A stretch of DNA of 64,000 nt from Felis catus (Eukaryota). Made by a program: the position numbers and the translations under genes. The DNA is taken from assembly GCF_018350175.1 (NCBI RefSeq), contig NC_058369.1, positions 15,254,001 to 15,318,000 of the forward strand, written 5' to 3'. This document shows positions 11,061 through 25,032 of the stretch, piece by piece (the first letter of the stretch is position 1; every line of letters starts with the position of its first letter). The notes under the pieces were generated by a model. The model did not search any database, was not told where the DNA came from, and saw only the letters and a list, made by a program, of their open reading frames with translations.

Positions 11061-13344
11061 TAGGGGCAGGAAGGGAAGGTGTGGGCTGGGTTAGGTGGTT
11101 CTGGAGCCGTGCAATTTCTGATCTGGGTAAGTCTCCGAGATCCCGGCCTTCAGACTCTTTGAGCCATGGACCCTGATGATAGCTCTGGACCCTATCCCAT
11201 TCCCAGATGAATACACATGTACACGTAGATTTGTACTCAAGTTCCCTTGCTACTGCTCCCCTGCCCCGATTCATCTCTGGATCTTTGCTTCCTGGCCTGG
11301 GGATTTGGACTCAGCTAAAAGCCATCCGGCACATCTCCGTGGCCCAGAGGTTATTGTCCCTGCATGTTGAGGCTCGGAGGTTCTCAGAGATCTTGTGGGT
11401 CTACCTCCTTATCTTAGAAGATGAGATTCCCGACAGGAGATAATTTGCCCGAGGCCCCACAGGGAATGGGTCCTTGCAGAAGCCACAATCGGTATTTTTG
11501 GTCACAAAATTTGTTTTCGTTAAGATGCACTTTCCCTAGTGTATTCTTGCACATTTTGAAGTGGGGGGGGGGGGGTGCACACAAATGCCCTCCTGCCCTT
11601 CTTCCATGTGTTCTGCTGTTCTTTGCTTGTACTGCTCTTCCCTTAGGTTTCTCTGTCCATATGTGATTGTCGTTTTGGGTCCAGTTCTTAGGCTTTTTCT
11701 CTGACCATCTGTTGGTGCCTCCATCATTCTCAGAAAACAACCGTAAATGCCCCAAGTGAGGATGAGGTCAGGACCGACTCTAAAGAGGCGCAGAGGAGTG
11801 GGGATTGTTATTTTGGAAGGATGTGGAAGAAAAGACAGGATTCCAAGCATGGAGGCAAGGAACTGGATGAAACAGAGCTAAGGAAGAAAAGGCCAAGCTG
11901 ATTGAAAACACAAGGCGTGAGCCACACCTTTCACATTGACGGAATGAGCATAGTCCTCTAATGAAATGGCCACACCTTGTCAGGAAGAGGCAGTGCCCTT
12001 TTTAGGACTTTGGTGGTGGAGCGGCGGAGAGCAGGGCCTGCTGAGCTCGGGGAAGTTCTGTAGTATATTGTCAAGGCAAATTGAACCAACGTTTTAGAAT
12101 TTCTGAAAGAAAGGAAGTGAGTTTTATTCAAGGCCAAGTTAGGACAGCTGCTGGCACACACAGTCTTCACAAAGAGAGTGCTCCTGTGAAGGAACAGTTG
12201 GTGTAGGGTTATATAAGCTCTAGCAAGGAACATTTGGTATTGGGTTATATACTTTTTTCTTTTTTTTTTACATAAAAAGTTACAAATCCTTAGACAAAGA
12301 ACATGTTAGAAAGTTGCAGAACTTATCTTACGCCTCTAGTAAATGCAGGGCTGTATAACTTTAATCTTATGGGAACCAGGGAAGTTCTCCTTATGTTTGG
12401 AATGCCCCTTTTTGGTTATTTCTTAAATAAAGCAGACGTGCGATGTGTGCTCAGGCAGAAATAGAGCCCATACTTTGAAGTTTCGCGGAATCACTTTGAC
12501 CTTGGTATATGTTAGAGTATAGCTTTCCCCGGGAGCCCAGGAGCAGAGCCCACAAACATTAAAAGTAGAAAATTTCCTTTATTTTATCCATATCATAGCC
12601 CTGAGTATACTGTATGCTATGTCCCCCTGAGTCTAGGGGATTCCCCTAACTTTGGGCGTGAACTTTTCTTGAAGAGTCTTACTGCGTTATTACCGCGCGT
12701 GCTCCCCAGAGAGGTGGGATCGGTTTACATTTTCAGCAGCAGTGTATAGAAATGCCCATTTTTCATTTAGCAGGTTTTTGCCAGTCTGTTAAGCAAAAAT
12801 ATTTTCTTGCTGTTTTCATTTGCATTTTATGATTCGTTCTAAAGTTGAACTTTCTCATATGTTTATTAGACATTTACATCTCTTTCTGTTTTTCCTTTGC
12901 CCATTTTTTTAAATTAGGTTTTGAATGTTTCTCTTTTCATACGTAAACTCTTCATAGAGTAGGATAACCATTTGTTACTGCTGTTTTGGCAAAGATTTTG
13001 CGTCAGCTCATTTTTAGAGTCAGATTTATTAACGTTTTTGTGAGTTCTTCCATTGCTTTCGTCCTCAGGACAGAACATCCTGCACCTTGTAAAGATGTGT
13101 TAGATACTCATCTATATTTTTGTCTTGTTTTATGATACTTAAAAAAGTTCTTTAATCTTTATGGGATTTACACTGGTTTGTGGTTTTGAGATGGGGCTCC
13201 AAGTTCTAATCGACTTGTGCTTTTTTCCTTATGAACTTTAAGTTCTTTAAATGCCCAGATCACTTTCAGGATTCTCTAGTCTATACCACTGATTTATGTA
13301 TAGAAGAGGTTGTCAGTGAGCCATGTGTTATGTAAACATATTTA

Positions 13345-13979
13345 AATTTTTTTATGTTTATTTATTCTTGAGAGAGAGAAAGAGAGTGTGAAGGGGCAGA
13401 GAGCGAGGGAGACACAGAATCTGAAGCAGGCTCCAGGCTCTGAGGTGTCAGCACAGAGCCTGACGTGGGGCTCGAACTCACGAACCATGAGATCATGACC
13501 TGAGCTGAAGTCGAACGCTTAACTGACGGAGCCACCCAGGCGCCCCTGTAAACATATTTAGAAAGCTTATTCTCATTGGGTAGACAGGGAGTGTTGTATG
13601 TGTTGTTTATGATTGGTGTATGATGAGTAAGTTACAGAGACAGGATTAGAATTTTCGGTGAAAGAATGACCTCCCTTTGTATGGCTCATATGGGTGATCT
13701 GTCTTCTCTCTTTGGGATTTCATTTCTCACGATGGCTAACAAGCATTGAAACCAAAAACTTGTGAGACTGCGGTTCTGGTTAATTTGTATTTTTGTAGTG
13801 TTTATTTATTTATTTTGGGAGTGGGAGGGTCAGGGAGAGGGAGAGAGAGAATCCTGAGCAGGCTCGTGCTGTGATCATGGAGCTGGACACGGGGCTCGAT
13901 CCCATGAAAACCGTGAGATCATGACCTGAGTCAAAATCAAGAGTCAGACCCTTAACCGACTGAGCCACCCAGCCGCTCC
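13345..13979 (-). mobile_element. Two Can-SINEs in intron 1 (13345-13546, 13790-13979)
   Basis: SINE bodies; first has TSD tgtaaacatattta. Confidence 0.9.
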
Positions 13980-15559
13980 AGATTCATTTGTATTTTTATA
14001 GTTTTGTTGTTTCCCCTTGTTTCTGTTGGGGAGAATAGTCCAGAGCCCTTTCGTTATGAGTTGTTAGGGAATGCAGTCCAGGAGAGAAATGGCAGGCGTC
14101 TATCTATGCCTTCTGCTGATTGGGAAATCTTTGGCTTGTTAAAGATAGGGAAATGATACCTTAGCAAGGGAGCCGTAAAATCCATGACTCCTGTGGATAC
14201 TTCTAATTATGTAGAAACCCAACCCCTAAAAATAAATGCAGTTACCCTAACTGTACAAAGCGTCTCTATATTAGGTTGATCATATGGAGTTGCTGATACT
14301 CAACCATGTTCATACAGTTCACCCTAATATCTCTAGTCACATCTACATATTTTAGAATAGCCAAGCCCAGTGGATAGGTTTTGTTTTGTTTTTGTTGTCT
14401 TTCTGCTTCGACCCCCAGGGAAGCAAGAGGTATTAAATACAGTGAGACTTGGTCTGTCAAGAACTTTGGCAGACCATCTTGTAAAATGCCGACACTGGGA
14501 TGCCATTTTACGGGAATGTGAAACCCACTTGTGTAAGCCTATGATAGACTCTCTTGGCAACATCCGTGACCCAGTACCTGTGTGAAAACAGGCCAGACGC
14601 TCGTAAGTGTGGAAAAAATGTTGAGAGAATCAAAGAACTAACACCAGCTTCAAGGTTCTTCCTTTCTTTCTCTCTTGGTTTTACTTTTGTGTCTTCACTC
14701 TGGTGCTTTTTTTTTGCATGGTTATGTAAGAAGGCAGGCAGGTGAGGCTGTTGAGTCATAAATCTTAAATATTTGACGAACCGTCACCTCAACCTCTTAG
14801 ACGGGGATAAGACGTGAAAGTGCTTCCATGAAGTCATTTTTGGAATTCACCTCCTTGGAGGAGACCAATGAAGCATTCTGGCTGAATTTTGAATTGCAGC
14901 CAGATGTCCTGGTGGGCCCCAGCCTGTGGGTTGTATTCCAGAAACACCATGGCACTCACCGCTATCTTCCATGTATATTTACTTGTTTTTCTCTTATCTG
15001 CTGTTCTTTACTAGTTATGTAAGTGCCATGGAAGAAGAGAGTTGGGTTTTGTTCACTGTTGTATCCCCCGTGCCTAGAACAGTGTGTGGACCTAGTGGCA
15101 CTCGATAAGTATTTAGTAAATGAATGAAGAACTAACTGAATAAGCACTCTTAGAAATAATAGTTATTTCTTGGCTCAGCTTACGGGTGTATATAACTTAC
15201 AATACATGTGAAAAATGTTAATAACAGCTGCGAGTCTCTGGACTCTGGAGCTAGAAGGTGGGTGTTCAGATCCCTTCTGACATTTGAGCCTAAGCCCAAG
15301 CCAAGATGTGCTCGGAGCTCTTCTGAAGCCTGGGTGATGGGACGGGAAGCCTGCTGGACAGACCCTGGGCTGGGCCTAAAGGAAAGGATGGGGGGGGGGG
15401 GGCTCCTCGGCCTCCCGTGCACCCTGTGAGGCTGTGGCAGGAGCTGGCCCAGGAGGTAGTCTCCATTCGTTCCTGTGGGAGTTTTGTATGTTTGGTGTTT
15501 GGGAACGTTGACCATGTTATATTTTCCATTTAAAAGTTTGTGTTTAGCTCAGTCGACGC

Positions 15560-15771
15560 TCTTTTCTTTTCTTTTCTTTTTTTAATATTTAATTTTTTTT
15601 GAGGGAGACAGCGTGAGTGGGAGAGGGACAGAGAGAAGGAGGGACAGAGGATCCGAAGCGGGCTCTGTGCTGGTAGCAGCGAGCCCAGTGTGGGGCTCAA
15701 ACCCACGAACCGTGAGATCATGACCTAAGCCAAAGTCAGACGCTCAACTGACTGAGCCACCCAGGCAGCCC
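15560..15771 (-). mobile_element. Can-SINE
   Basis: SINE body ~150 nt upstream of the first coding exon acceptor. Confidence 0.9.
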
Positions 15772-15943
15772 AACTCAGTTGGAGTTCTAATGTGACATTT
15801 TCAGGGAAGGAAACCGTCAAGAGCCTAAGTTGAAAGCATGTGAATGTGCAGGGAATGCTGGGCTGTGCTGAACGGGAGAGTTCTGGGCAGTTCCTAAAAG
15901 AGCTTTCTGCCCTCTTTCTCAGGGCCTTCCCACCTTCTGGAGA

Positions 15944-16177
15944 ATGGCTTCTGCTTGGCGGAGACTGGGTTTCTATGTCTGTTTCCTGAAAAGCAAGCTA
16001 AATGGTGGGCCAGATATCATCAGCAGAGGAAGGAGAGTAATCCCGGGATGTGCCAGAGGTATTTACAGTGCCACGGGGACGTGGACGAAAGAGTACACGT
16101 TGCAGACGAGGAAGGATGTCGAGAATTGGTGGCATAAACGAATAAAAGAAGAAACCTCCAAGATATCAGAAGCCGAT
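15944..16177 (+). CDS. LARS2: LARS2 first coding exon (codons 1-78, mitochondrial targeting region); exon begins at 15923
   Basis: [24 protein letters not shown]...[32 protein letters not shown] closely resembles the mammalian LARS2 N-terminus. Acceptor ctctttctcAG at 15921-15922, donor GAT|GTGAGT at 16178; 234 nt, phase 0. Confidence 0.96.
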
Positions 16178-16679
16178 GTGAGTATTCTGAGGGATTTTGA
16201 GGGGGTAGAGAAGAGGAGCCAAGAACTTGGATTCTGAAGTCAGATCGCCCGAGTTCAAATAAGGTATTAAGTGTGTGACCTTGAACCAACTGAATCTGTG
16301 CTTCAGGGTTCTTCTCAACCAGGGACAGTGCGAATAGCAGTGTCCTCCTGCTTCCCAGGATGGTTGTGAGGGCCGAGTGAGATCGGACGAGGATAGCGCT
16401 TAGAAGGCGTTCTGTGTGGTGCTTACACACAAGGTGCATGCAGGCAGCACCACACTGGGCATTCTGGAGCAGCATTTGGGGGGGGGGGACCCATCGAGAG
16501 TGAGGCCCTAGCAGGTGTTAGGTTCTTCATGGTCCATTGCGGGCCAGCGCACCTGGTGACCCAGCAGGGTCAGATGTGAGGTTCCAGGAGTACCCCTGGA
16601 CCCCTCGCCTGTAGAACTTGTTTAAAACATTTATTATTATTGTTAGTTTTTTAAATATGAGAAGCATTCTTTAAAAAAA

Positions 16680-16907
16680 ATTTTTTTTAAATGTTTATGT
16701 GTTTTGAGAGAGAGAGGGAGAGAGAGAGAAACAGAGAGAACACAAGCAGTGGAGGGGCAGAGAGAGAGGGAGACACAGAATCCGAAGCAGGCTCCAGGCT
16801 CTGAGCTGTCGGCACAGAGCCCGATGTGGTGCTCGAACTCACCGACCGTGCAATCATGACCTGAGCCCAAGTTGGATGCTTAACCGACTGAGCCCCCCAG
16901 GCGCCCC
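16680..16907 (-). mobile_element. Can-SINE
   Basis: Typical body ending in GGCGCCCC. Confidence 0.9.
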
Positions 16908-18182
16908 TCACCTGTGGAAGTTTAATCTGCATATTCTGGGAAGTACCTTCCTCTCCCTTGGCATGATGTTGGCCTCCAGCCATCATGGGTTGGGAGGTAC
17001 CAGCCCTTCCCTGGTGTGATCTGGGGGGCTGGGACCCAGGCTTGCAGTGACAGATGTGTGAGGTAGTGAATCCTTGGCTTCCGCCCAGGATGTATCAGCG
17101 CAGCACCGTACTTGAGTAATTGGGTCTAGTGTTTGGTTGTAGCCGGTTTCCAGGGGGCGCCGTGTTGGAGGCTGGCTCCTTGTCTAGGAGTCCAGCCTCT
17201 GGGGGATTCCTCTTGGACGTGGTAACCCTCACCTCTTGCTGCTGGTCAAAATAACAAATGGGAGATGTCATTTGTTACATGAAATGGTGAATCTGATCAG
17301 AGCCAAGTGCCGTAAGGTCATTTACTCTTAAATTGTGACCATCCCTTTGTAATAGTTACCGAATAATACAAACCTTCTACATGTAGTTAAAGAGATGGGG
17401 CCAAAGGCAAGCAGGTGAGTAAATATAACTGCGCCAAAGTGCTCTTGACTACACTTGGCTGTTTCCCATCTCCTGATCCTCACTCTTTTTAGACTCATTC
17501 CTTCCGTGAGCGTGATCACTATGAAACATGCCGGGGGGTAGTTATTTGTGTTAAAGCGAACGATGGTTTCGGGCATTGGTTAGAGAGAGATGCGGTGGAT
17601 AACAAGTGGAACGATAAAAAAGAAGGTTTGAGTATAACGCGTGATTGTACCGTGAAAGCCCGACTTCCGCCTGGTCAGGACGCGAAGAACCTTCACATCA
17701 ACACGACCAGACTCACGTGCCTAAATGTATTTTGGAAACGAACTAGGGAGCAGTTCGCTTCTGAATGAGGAGAGTAAAATTCGCTTTTCTTTTTGGTTTG
17801 GATTATCCTTTAGTGGCTTCCACACATTTTAAAGTTGGAGCTTACTGATTTTGTGGCGCCTCCTTCTTCTTAAGTACTGTGTGGTTTAAAAAAAAAAAAA
17901 ATTAGGTGGATCACAAGAAACTGTGTATCCCTAATTGCAGAAGTAGCTGAAGGGATATCGTGGGTGATCCCCTGGTGGCACCCTTTCAGGGTTTGGATGG
18001 GGAGTGGGCAGGTGGAGAAGGTGCTGTATGATGGATCTGGAACCCGGGCTCTGGAACCTGGGCAGTGTTACGGGCTCGGCCTCGAGACCTCAGCGTGCTC
18101 GCGGCCTTGTCACGTAACCTCTTCGATCCTCAGATTCTTTGCATTGTTTATCTCACAGAATTGTTTTGAAAATCAGATGAGC

Positions 18183-18585
18183 GGGGCGCCTGGGTGGCGC
18201 AGTCGGTTAAGCGGCCGACTTCAGCCAGGTCACGATCTCGCGGTCTGTGAGTTCGAGCCCCGCGTCGGGCTCTGGGCTGATGGCTCGGAGCCTGGAGCCT
18301 GTTTCCGATTCTGTGTCTCCCTCTCTCTCCGCCCCTCCCCCGTTCATGCTCTGTCTCTCTCTGTCCCAAAAATAAATAAACGTTGAAAAAAAAAAAAATC
18401 AGATGAGCAGATGTGGCCGAACACATTTTACAAGCGGAAATGTTACATAAATAAAAGGTACAAGAAGATAAAAATGTGTGGTGTCTTTGTCGGGAACAAA
18501 GAATACAGCCGGATGTTGGTGGATTTAAGTTTATTTATTTATTTTGAGAGAGACAGAGACAGAGTGAGGGAGGGAGGGGCAGAGA

Positions 18586-18629
<44 letters not shown>

Positions 18630-19050
18630 CTCAAGCAGGCTCTGCACTGCCAGTGCAGAGCCCGATGTGGGGCTCGAATTCACGAAACTGTGAGATCATG
18701 ACCTGAGCTGAAAGCAAGAGTCAGGCACCTGACCGACTGAGCCACTAGGCGCCCCTGGATGTCAGTGGACTTTGAAGCTTAATTGTCCTCACTCTGGTCT
18801 TAGATATATTTGAGGGACACCTGGGTGGCTCAGTCAGTTAAACGCCCGACTCTTGGTTTCGGTTCAGGTCATGATCTCACAGTTTGTGGGTTTGAGCCCC
18901 GTGTCAGGCCCGGGTGCTGACAACTTGGAGCTTGCTTGAGATTCTCTCTCTCCCTCTCTCTCTGCCCCTCCCCTGCACACGTGAGCACACGCGCACTCTC
19001 TCTCTCTCTCTCTGTATCTCTCAAAAATAAATAAACTTTTAAAAAAAGAT
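18183..19050. mobile_element. Three Can-SINEs (18183-18397 +, 18526-18755 -, 18814-19050 +)
   Basis: First copy is near-consensus with TSD aaaatcagatgagc. Confidence 0.92.
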
Positions 19051-20334
19051 CAAAAAAGATATGTTTGAAATACCCCCAGGTGAGTGTCTAGGAGACGAAT
19101 GTCTTGCCATTATCGTCGGGATCTTCAGTATTAAAAGAAGTTCCACTTAATAAGGATTTTACTCCATGTCAGGCACTATCTGTCCATTCATTACCTCATT
19201 TAATCCTGAAACAACCCTGGGGATTTTTTGGAGGGTAAGAAAACAGGCTCAGAGGGAGGTTTGGTAATTTATTGAGATACATGCCTGGGACCTTCTGTTG
19301 CCTCACCTTTGATGCACAGAGTGCGAACTGAGCCCAGAGAGGCAGAGGAATTTGCCCAAGGTCTCACAGCTAGTAGAGAGGCCAGGGCCAGAACGAGGGC
19401 TCCCGGGTCCTTCTATCCGCCCCCTCTGGGCTCAGCAACAGCTCTGGAACTTAATCTATAAAGAGGCAGAAGTTTTCTTTCTCCTGACGTCAGAAGCTGA
19501 CAAAAATAATAGGTCCCACTTATAAAAACCATCCTCTTCCCATTGCTTGCGATCTTAATTTCTTTTAAAGGCCTACATTCTTACACTTTTATATAATTAC
19601 GGACATTTCCCTTTCAATCATATTCCTGCTTAGTTATACCATACGCTCCCATAATTCCTTCTTGCCATCCCCAGAGGAGAGAGAGCTCGTTTCATTATCA
19701 CGGAGGAAAATGACTTAATTCACACAGAACAGCGAAAGGCAGGGTCACTGAATAAGCTGGATACCTTTTCTGCGATAAACAAAAACAGTCATAAATATCA
19801 AAGACTTTTGCTAGCACTGCTTTTCTATATACCTTCCGTAAGCTCAGTTTTGGGGTTTGGCTTCGTTGGTATGGAATGAATCGCTCAATTCTGCTATAAA
19901 TGAAGTCTTTGTGGGACAGACCTCCAGAAAGGAGACGCTCAGGAAGAAGCTGTATGTGGAAAATGTTTGGGGCAAGATCGAGGGTTAAATAAACATAATA
20001 TAAAAATGAATAAATATCACTAAAATGAAGACAAGGTGGTTATAATAGAAGAAAAATAGGCTTAATGTAAAAACTTAAAAGGAAAAATGAGAAATGGTTT
20101 ATATCAAGGATTTTATTGATTTTTCAGATCCTCAAGAACTCTGTAATAGCTGTTTTCCCACGTCCCTAAATATTCCCAAAGAAAAGGCAATAAACCTAAT
20201 CCATTGTGAGAAGCAGTGTGATTTGAATGGAGTGGACAGTTTGCTTACTTCTGTTTCTGCACCCAGTGACGGAGTAAGGCCTGGCGCCTCCTTTGAGGGA
20301 CTGGTTTACACTGAGAGGATTACCTGTCGCTTTC

Positions 20335-20568
20335 CTTCTTCTTCTTCTTTTTTTTTTTTTTTAATGTATTTATTTTTGAGAGAGAGAGAGAGGGAGACAG
20401 AGCGCAAGCAGGGGAGGAGGAGAGAGAGAGGGAGACACAGAATCCGAAGCAGGCTCCAGGCTCTGAGCTGTCAGCACAGAGCCCGATGCGGGGCTCGAAC
20501 TCACGAACTACAAGATCATGATCTGAGCCGAAGTCAGACGCCTCACCTCCTGAGCCACCCAGGCACCG
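20335..20568 (-). mobile_element. Can-SINE
   Basis: Body plus TSD-like tgtc(g/a)ctttccttctt. Confidence 0.9.
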
Positions 20569-22090
20569 CATGTCACTTTCCTTCTTAAAGACGGTCCAAA
20601 CCGCAGGGCCTGTCTCCTGAGGTGTTCCTGAGGGTTACGGATCTGCAGTTTCCAGTTCAAGTCTGATCAGTGTGCAGCTTTCTGGAAATCAATTTCTGGA
20701 AAGCAGATTTATGGAAATCAATTGTGGTTGCCACTTGAGCATTCCATGATTTTCTGGTTTGGGTATTATCCAGACTCCTATGGATTCTCTTTTCCCTTTT
20801 CTTCCATCAGGCTGCTTGACTCACCACTCACTGGTAGTTTTTGGAGGATGGGCCTTAGAGAGAAAATTCTAGTTTATTTTGCCACACGTGAGAGGCCCTG
20901 TCAAAGGTTGATTGAGCTTCTTTGCCGAAGGAACTTTAAAGCAATGGGTCAAGTGAGATTTGGAAATACCCTGATTTCTTGTTTCCTCTGCTCCCCCAAT
21001 TATAGCTGGCCGTGTCCATGATCAGCCATGCAAATACGTAGCAACAAATATACCACGACCACCTCTGTACACAAAGGAATGGTCGCGAATATTCTGGTTT
21101 GCGTTTGTTTTCATTACTTTTGTAGAAGCAAAGCCTTGAAGAACTCTAGCAGGGCTGGAGGAAGGGAGGAAGGATGGAAGGAGAAAAACAGAAGGTAGAA
21201 AGAAATAAAAGAGTGGCAATATCAGAAGGTCCCCGCCCTCAGAGACCAAACAGAAGCAGGTACCTCTTCTGCCTTGCTTCTGAGAGCCCTGCCAGGAGGG
21301 GATGTAGCCTGGGTAGGGGGAATGCTCCCGTCGCCTGGACAGGATTTGTTTAGCTGGGAAAAAATGCCCTTTAACGTATTCTGTGGAGGCCAGATATTAA
21401 GCTCCTGCTGAGAGTGGAGGCGGGGGGTGGGGGAGATAGAATGGGGGGGGGGGGTGTAGGGAGAGGGAGATGACTGAAACCCAGCCCGTGCCCTTGAAAC
21501 ACGGACCCCTAACTAGGAACCGGTTAAGTGACTGGTGTTCACTCCGTTTAGATGCACGTAGGCTCTTTCTGTTTCTCTCGACGAAGCCGTGTCTTCAGCA
21601 GCTAGAAGGTTCTCTCACCCTGGCGTGAGGCTGGCTGTAGCTCGCCCCTGGGAAGACAGAAACTGCCTTGCCTTGTTGTCTATGGTTTTCGCATCACTTT
21701 CTCACTTCAACTTTGTCTGTTGAAAGACGAGTTCACAGTACAGCAGAGAAACCCAGGACCCAAACTGGTGCCTCAGGAGTCCTGCTCTAACTGCTGACTC
21801 TGAGTCTGAATGCAACGATAGGGAATTTAGGAAGGGCTCCATTTTTTTTTTTTTTTTTTTTGAGATGTCACATCTGTGTGATTTAACTACCGTGTCCTTG
21901 AATTACATGGAAATGTGTCTTAGAGCTTCATTTGGAAAAACATAAGTTCTTTAAGACCTAGATAGAAACTGTCTTAAAAGAGAAGCTTTTAAAAGAGAGG
22001 GAAAAAAGGATTGAAAATATATATGGGTAATTAGCACTTTGGGGTTGTTTGGCATTATTTTGGACATTGTTTAGCTTAAACTTGGGCTTT

Positions 22091-22602
22091 GGGGGTGCCT
22101 GGGTGGCTCAGTCGGTTGAGGATCCAACTTCAGCCCGGGTCACGATCTCGCGGTCCGTGAGTTCGAGCCCCACATCAGGCTCTGGGCTGATGGCTCAGAG
22201 CCTGGAGCCTGCTTCCGATTCTGTGTCTCCCTCTCTCTCTGCCCCTCCCCCGTTCATGCTCTGTCTCTCTCTGTCCCCAAAAAAATAAATAAACGTTGAA
22301 AAAAAAAGAAAAGAATTATTAAACTTGGGCTTTGGATTTTGTTTTTTGACATGTTTGTCAGTTTATGGGAATATTAAAAAAATTTTTTTAATGTTTATTT
22401 TTGAGAGAGAGAGAGAGAGAGAGTGCGGGCACGTGCACGAGCTGGGGAGGGGCACAGAGAGAGGGAGACACACAACCCGAAGCAGGCTCCAGGCTCTGAG
22501 CTGTCAGCACAGAGCCCGATGCGGGGCTGGAACTCACAAACCGCCAGATCATGCCCTGAGCCGAAGTCGGACACTTAACTGACTGAGCCACCCAGGTGCC
22601 CC
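22091..22602. mobile_element. Inverted Can-SINE pair (22091-22315 +, 22382-22602 -)
   Basis: Tail-to-tail SINEs ~70 nt apart. Confidence 0.92.
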
Positions 22603-22714
22603 AGTTTTTGTTTTTGTTTTTGTTTTTGTTTTTTTTAAGGAAACTTTAAAAAATGTTAAGTTATTTACCTTGAGTACAATGCCAAAATACTGTGTGCATG
22701 CAGGGTCTCAGTAA

Positions 22715-23032
<318 letters not shown>

Positions 23033-23934
23033 TAGCGTTTCCTTTTCTGCGTCAGAAGACATGATGAAGCATCTGGGTTAATGGGGCCGGTGGGGGGGGG
23101 TGGGGGCAGCCACGTGTCTGGTGTTGTGCAGGGATGAGGACGGAGGGGGGTGGGGGTGGGGCTAAATGTAGCTGCAAATGTTGGTAACACGGGACATCTT
23201 CTCAGAAGTTCACCGTCCCGTGAGAGTGAAACACATAATAGATAGTCACCGTGTAGGGGGCCGAATCCCCTAGAACAAATATGGATCAAATGCTGTGGGG
23301 AGGAAGTAGGGCCACAAGAGATTTTCCGCTTTCTATTTGATATTTGCTGTTCCCTTTGATATTCTTTAATGAGCATGGTTATCTTACAAGGGAAAACTTA
23401 AAATTTTTGCAAGGAAAAGCTATCTGGGGAGTCGTGCCTCTGGGACAGTTGGGAAAGGCTCCATTAAAGAGGAAACGTCTGGCATGGGTTTTGAAGGACA
23501 AGGTTAAATTTACCGGAAGAGGAAGAGAAAGGCCCTTCCTTGGCTGCTGCGAGTCAGTCCCTTTTACCCCATTGCCCGTTACCCCCAAAGCTTACTCTTT
23601 ACTCTTTAGCAACGTGTCATCTGTAGAACGAGGTGGGGATGATCGCGATACCTTCTTTTAACCACTTACAGAGCGGTAGGGTTAAAGAGGGGTCGACAAC
23701 ATGGACCACTGAGCCAGATGGCCAGGATTCGAATGCCAGCTCTTAACGCTTGCCAGCTGTGTGCCCTTTGACTAGCTACTCAGCCTCTCTAAGACCTAGT
23801 TTTCTCTCATCTGTAAAATGAGAATAAAACAGTGCCTGCCCATTGGCCCGTTACAAGGATTCAAAGAGGATAGCTGTGAAGCACTTAGCACATGCTTGGC
23901 ACATAGTACGTAACCCATAAATATTGGCGATTGC

Positions 23935-24140
23935 GAGCGGCTGGCTGGACCCTGTTCACAACATCTCCTGAGAGCCCACTGTGCCCATCTCTGCCCAACT
24001 CTGTGTTTACTGGTCACCTCAGTAGCTTGAAATCCAGCCACGGTGGGAGTATTCATACCCTGGAAATCAGCAAGTGCTCCAAATCTGGGCTTGTTCCTCC
24101 AGAGAGGCAGTTGTTAAACATTCACTGGCACTCCCAGTGG
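23935..24140. mobile_element. MER63-like hAT MITE
   Basis: 'gtagcttgaaatccagccacggtgggagtattca...gttgttaaacattcactggca' resembles MER63A. Confidence 0.6.
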
Positions 24141-25032
24141 CTGCTGCTGTGATTAACCTGCTGGGGCCCATACCTGCCACCTCCCAGTTCTTTGTCACGA
24201 TTTCAGAGAGGTACGCGCGTCAGTTGTCACAATTGGTTTGAAAATTGATGCTGAACTGACTTTGGCAAGAAGTATTCCTAAAAAGGAAGTCAAGTTATGA
24301 TGGCTGTTTGTCAGTTGAAGAGTTCATAACTTTATAGTGTCAGATGCAGAGATCAGTGTTCCACTTTAATAGTCAAAAGTATTCGTCTTCCCGGTTTCTG
24401 TCGGGTGTTATTTTCCCCAGACGTTGCTTTCCATCATCGCTGCTGTGTTTATTAGAAAGGGACGGTGCAGAGTGAGCTGGCTGTTTGCCTAAAGTATCAT
24501 TCTCGCTGAATGATTCTTGCTGTGGCTCTTTAACTAGATTTATCTGACGGATTTTTTGCACGCCAACTTTTTTTGAACAATTAGCGAGTGCATGTAAATT
24601 GCCGAAGGTGTAAGCTTTTGTGGCAAAATTGTACATTTATGATAGGGTACAGGTGGTTGAGGGGGTGTAGGTGGGATTCTGATTCCCTTGGATGGGATGA
24701 GATGTTCCAGAGGAAGCCCAAGGCAGAGCTCCAGGCCCAGAGCTCCTCAGACCCAAGAGACAAAACAGAGACCCCTATAGTAACTGGAGGCCAAGTCAGG
24801 CTGGATCCAGGAGCTGGACAACCTGCATTTGAACCGCATTCCGCCGCCTTCTTGCTGAGTGACCTTGCACAAGTCATTTCATGGCTCTGAATCCTACTTT
24901 CCTCATTTTTAAAGTAGGGATAACAGCAATCCTTGCCTCATGGGGTTGTTGTGTGGGTTAGATGAGATGGTACATGCGTGTGACATGACAGTAATCCCTT
25001 CATAAGTGTTAGCTGTGATTATTATTTTATTT

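Noticed and set aside
10606..11274. 222-aa antisense ORF across the promoter
   Set aside because: Typical stop-poor reading of a CpG island with no recognisable domain. A divergent non-coding transcript cannot be excluded but is unsupported.
12963..13039. Possible additional 5'UTR exon (AG...GTGAGT) in intron 1
   Set aside because: Plausible splice dinucleotides only, within old repeat-like DNA; cannot be supported without transcripts.
24292..24332. 9-bp inverted repeat AAGTTATGA/TCATAACTT with a 23-nt loop
   Set aside because: Within chance expectation for 64 kb; no miRNA or snoRNA features.
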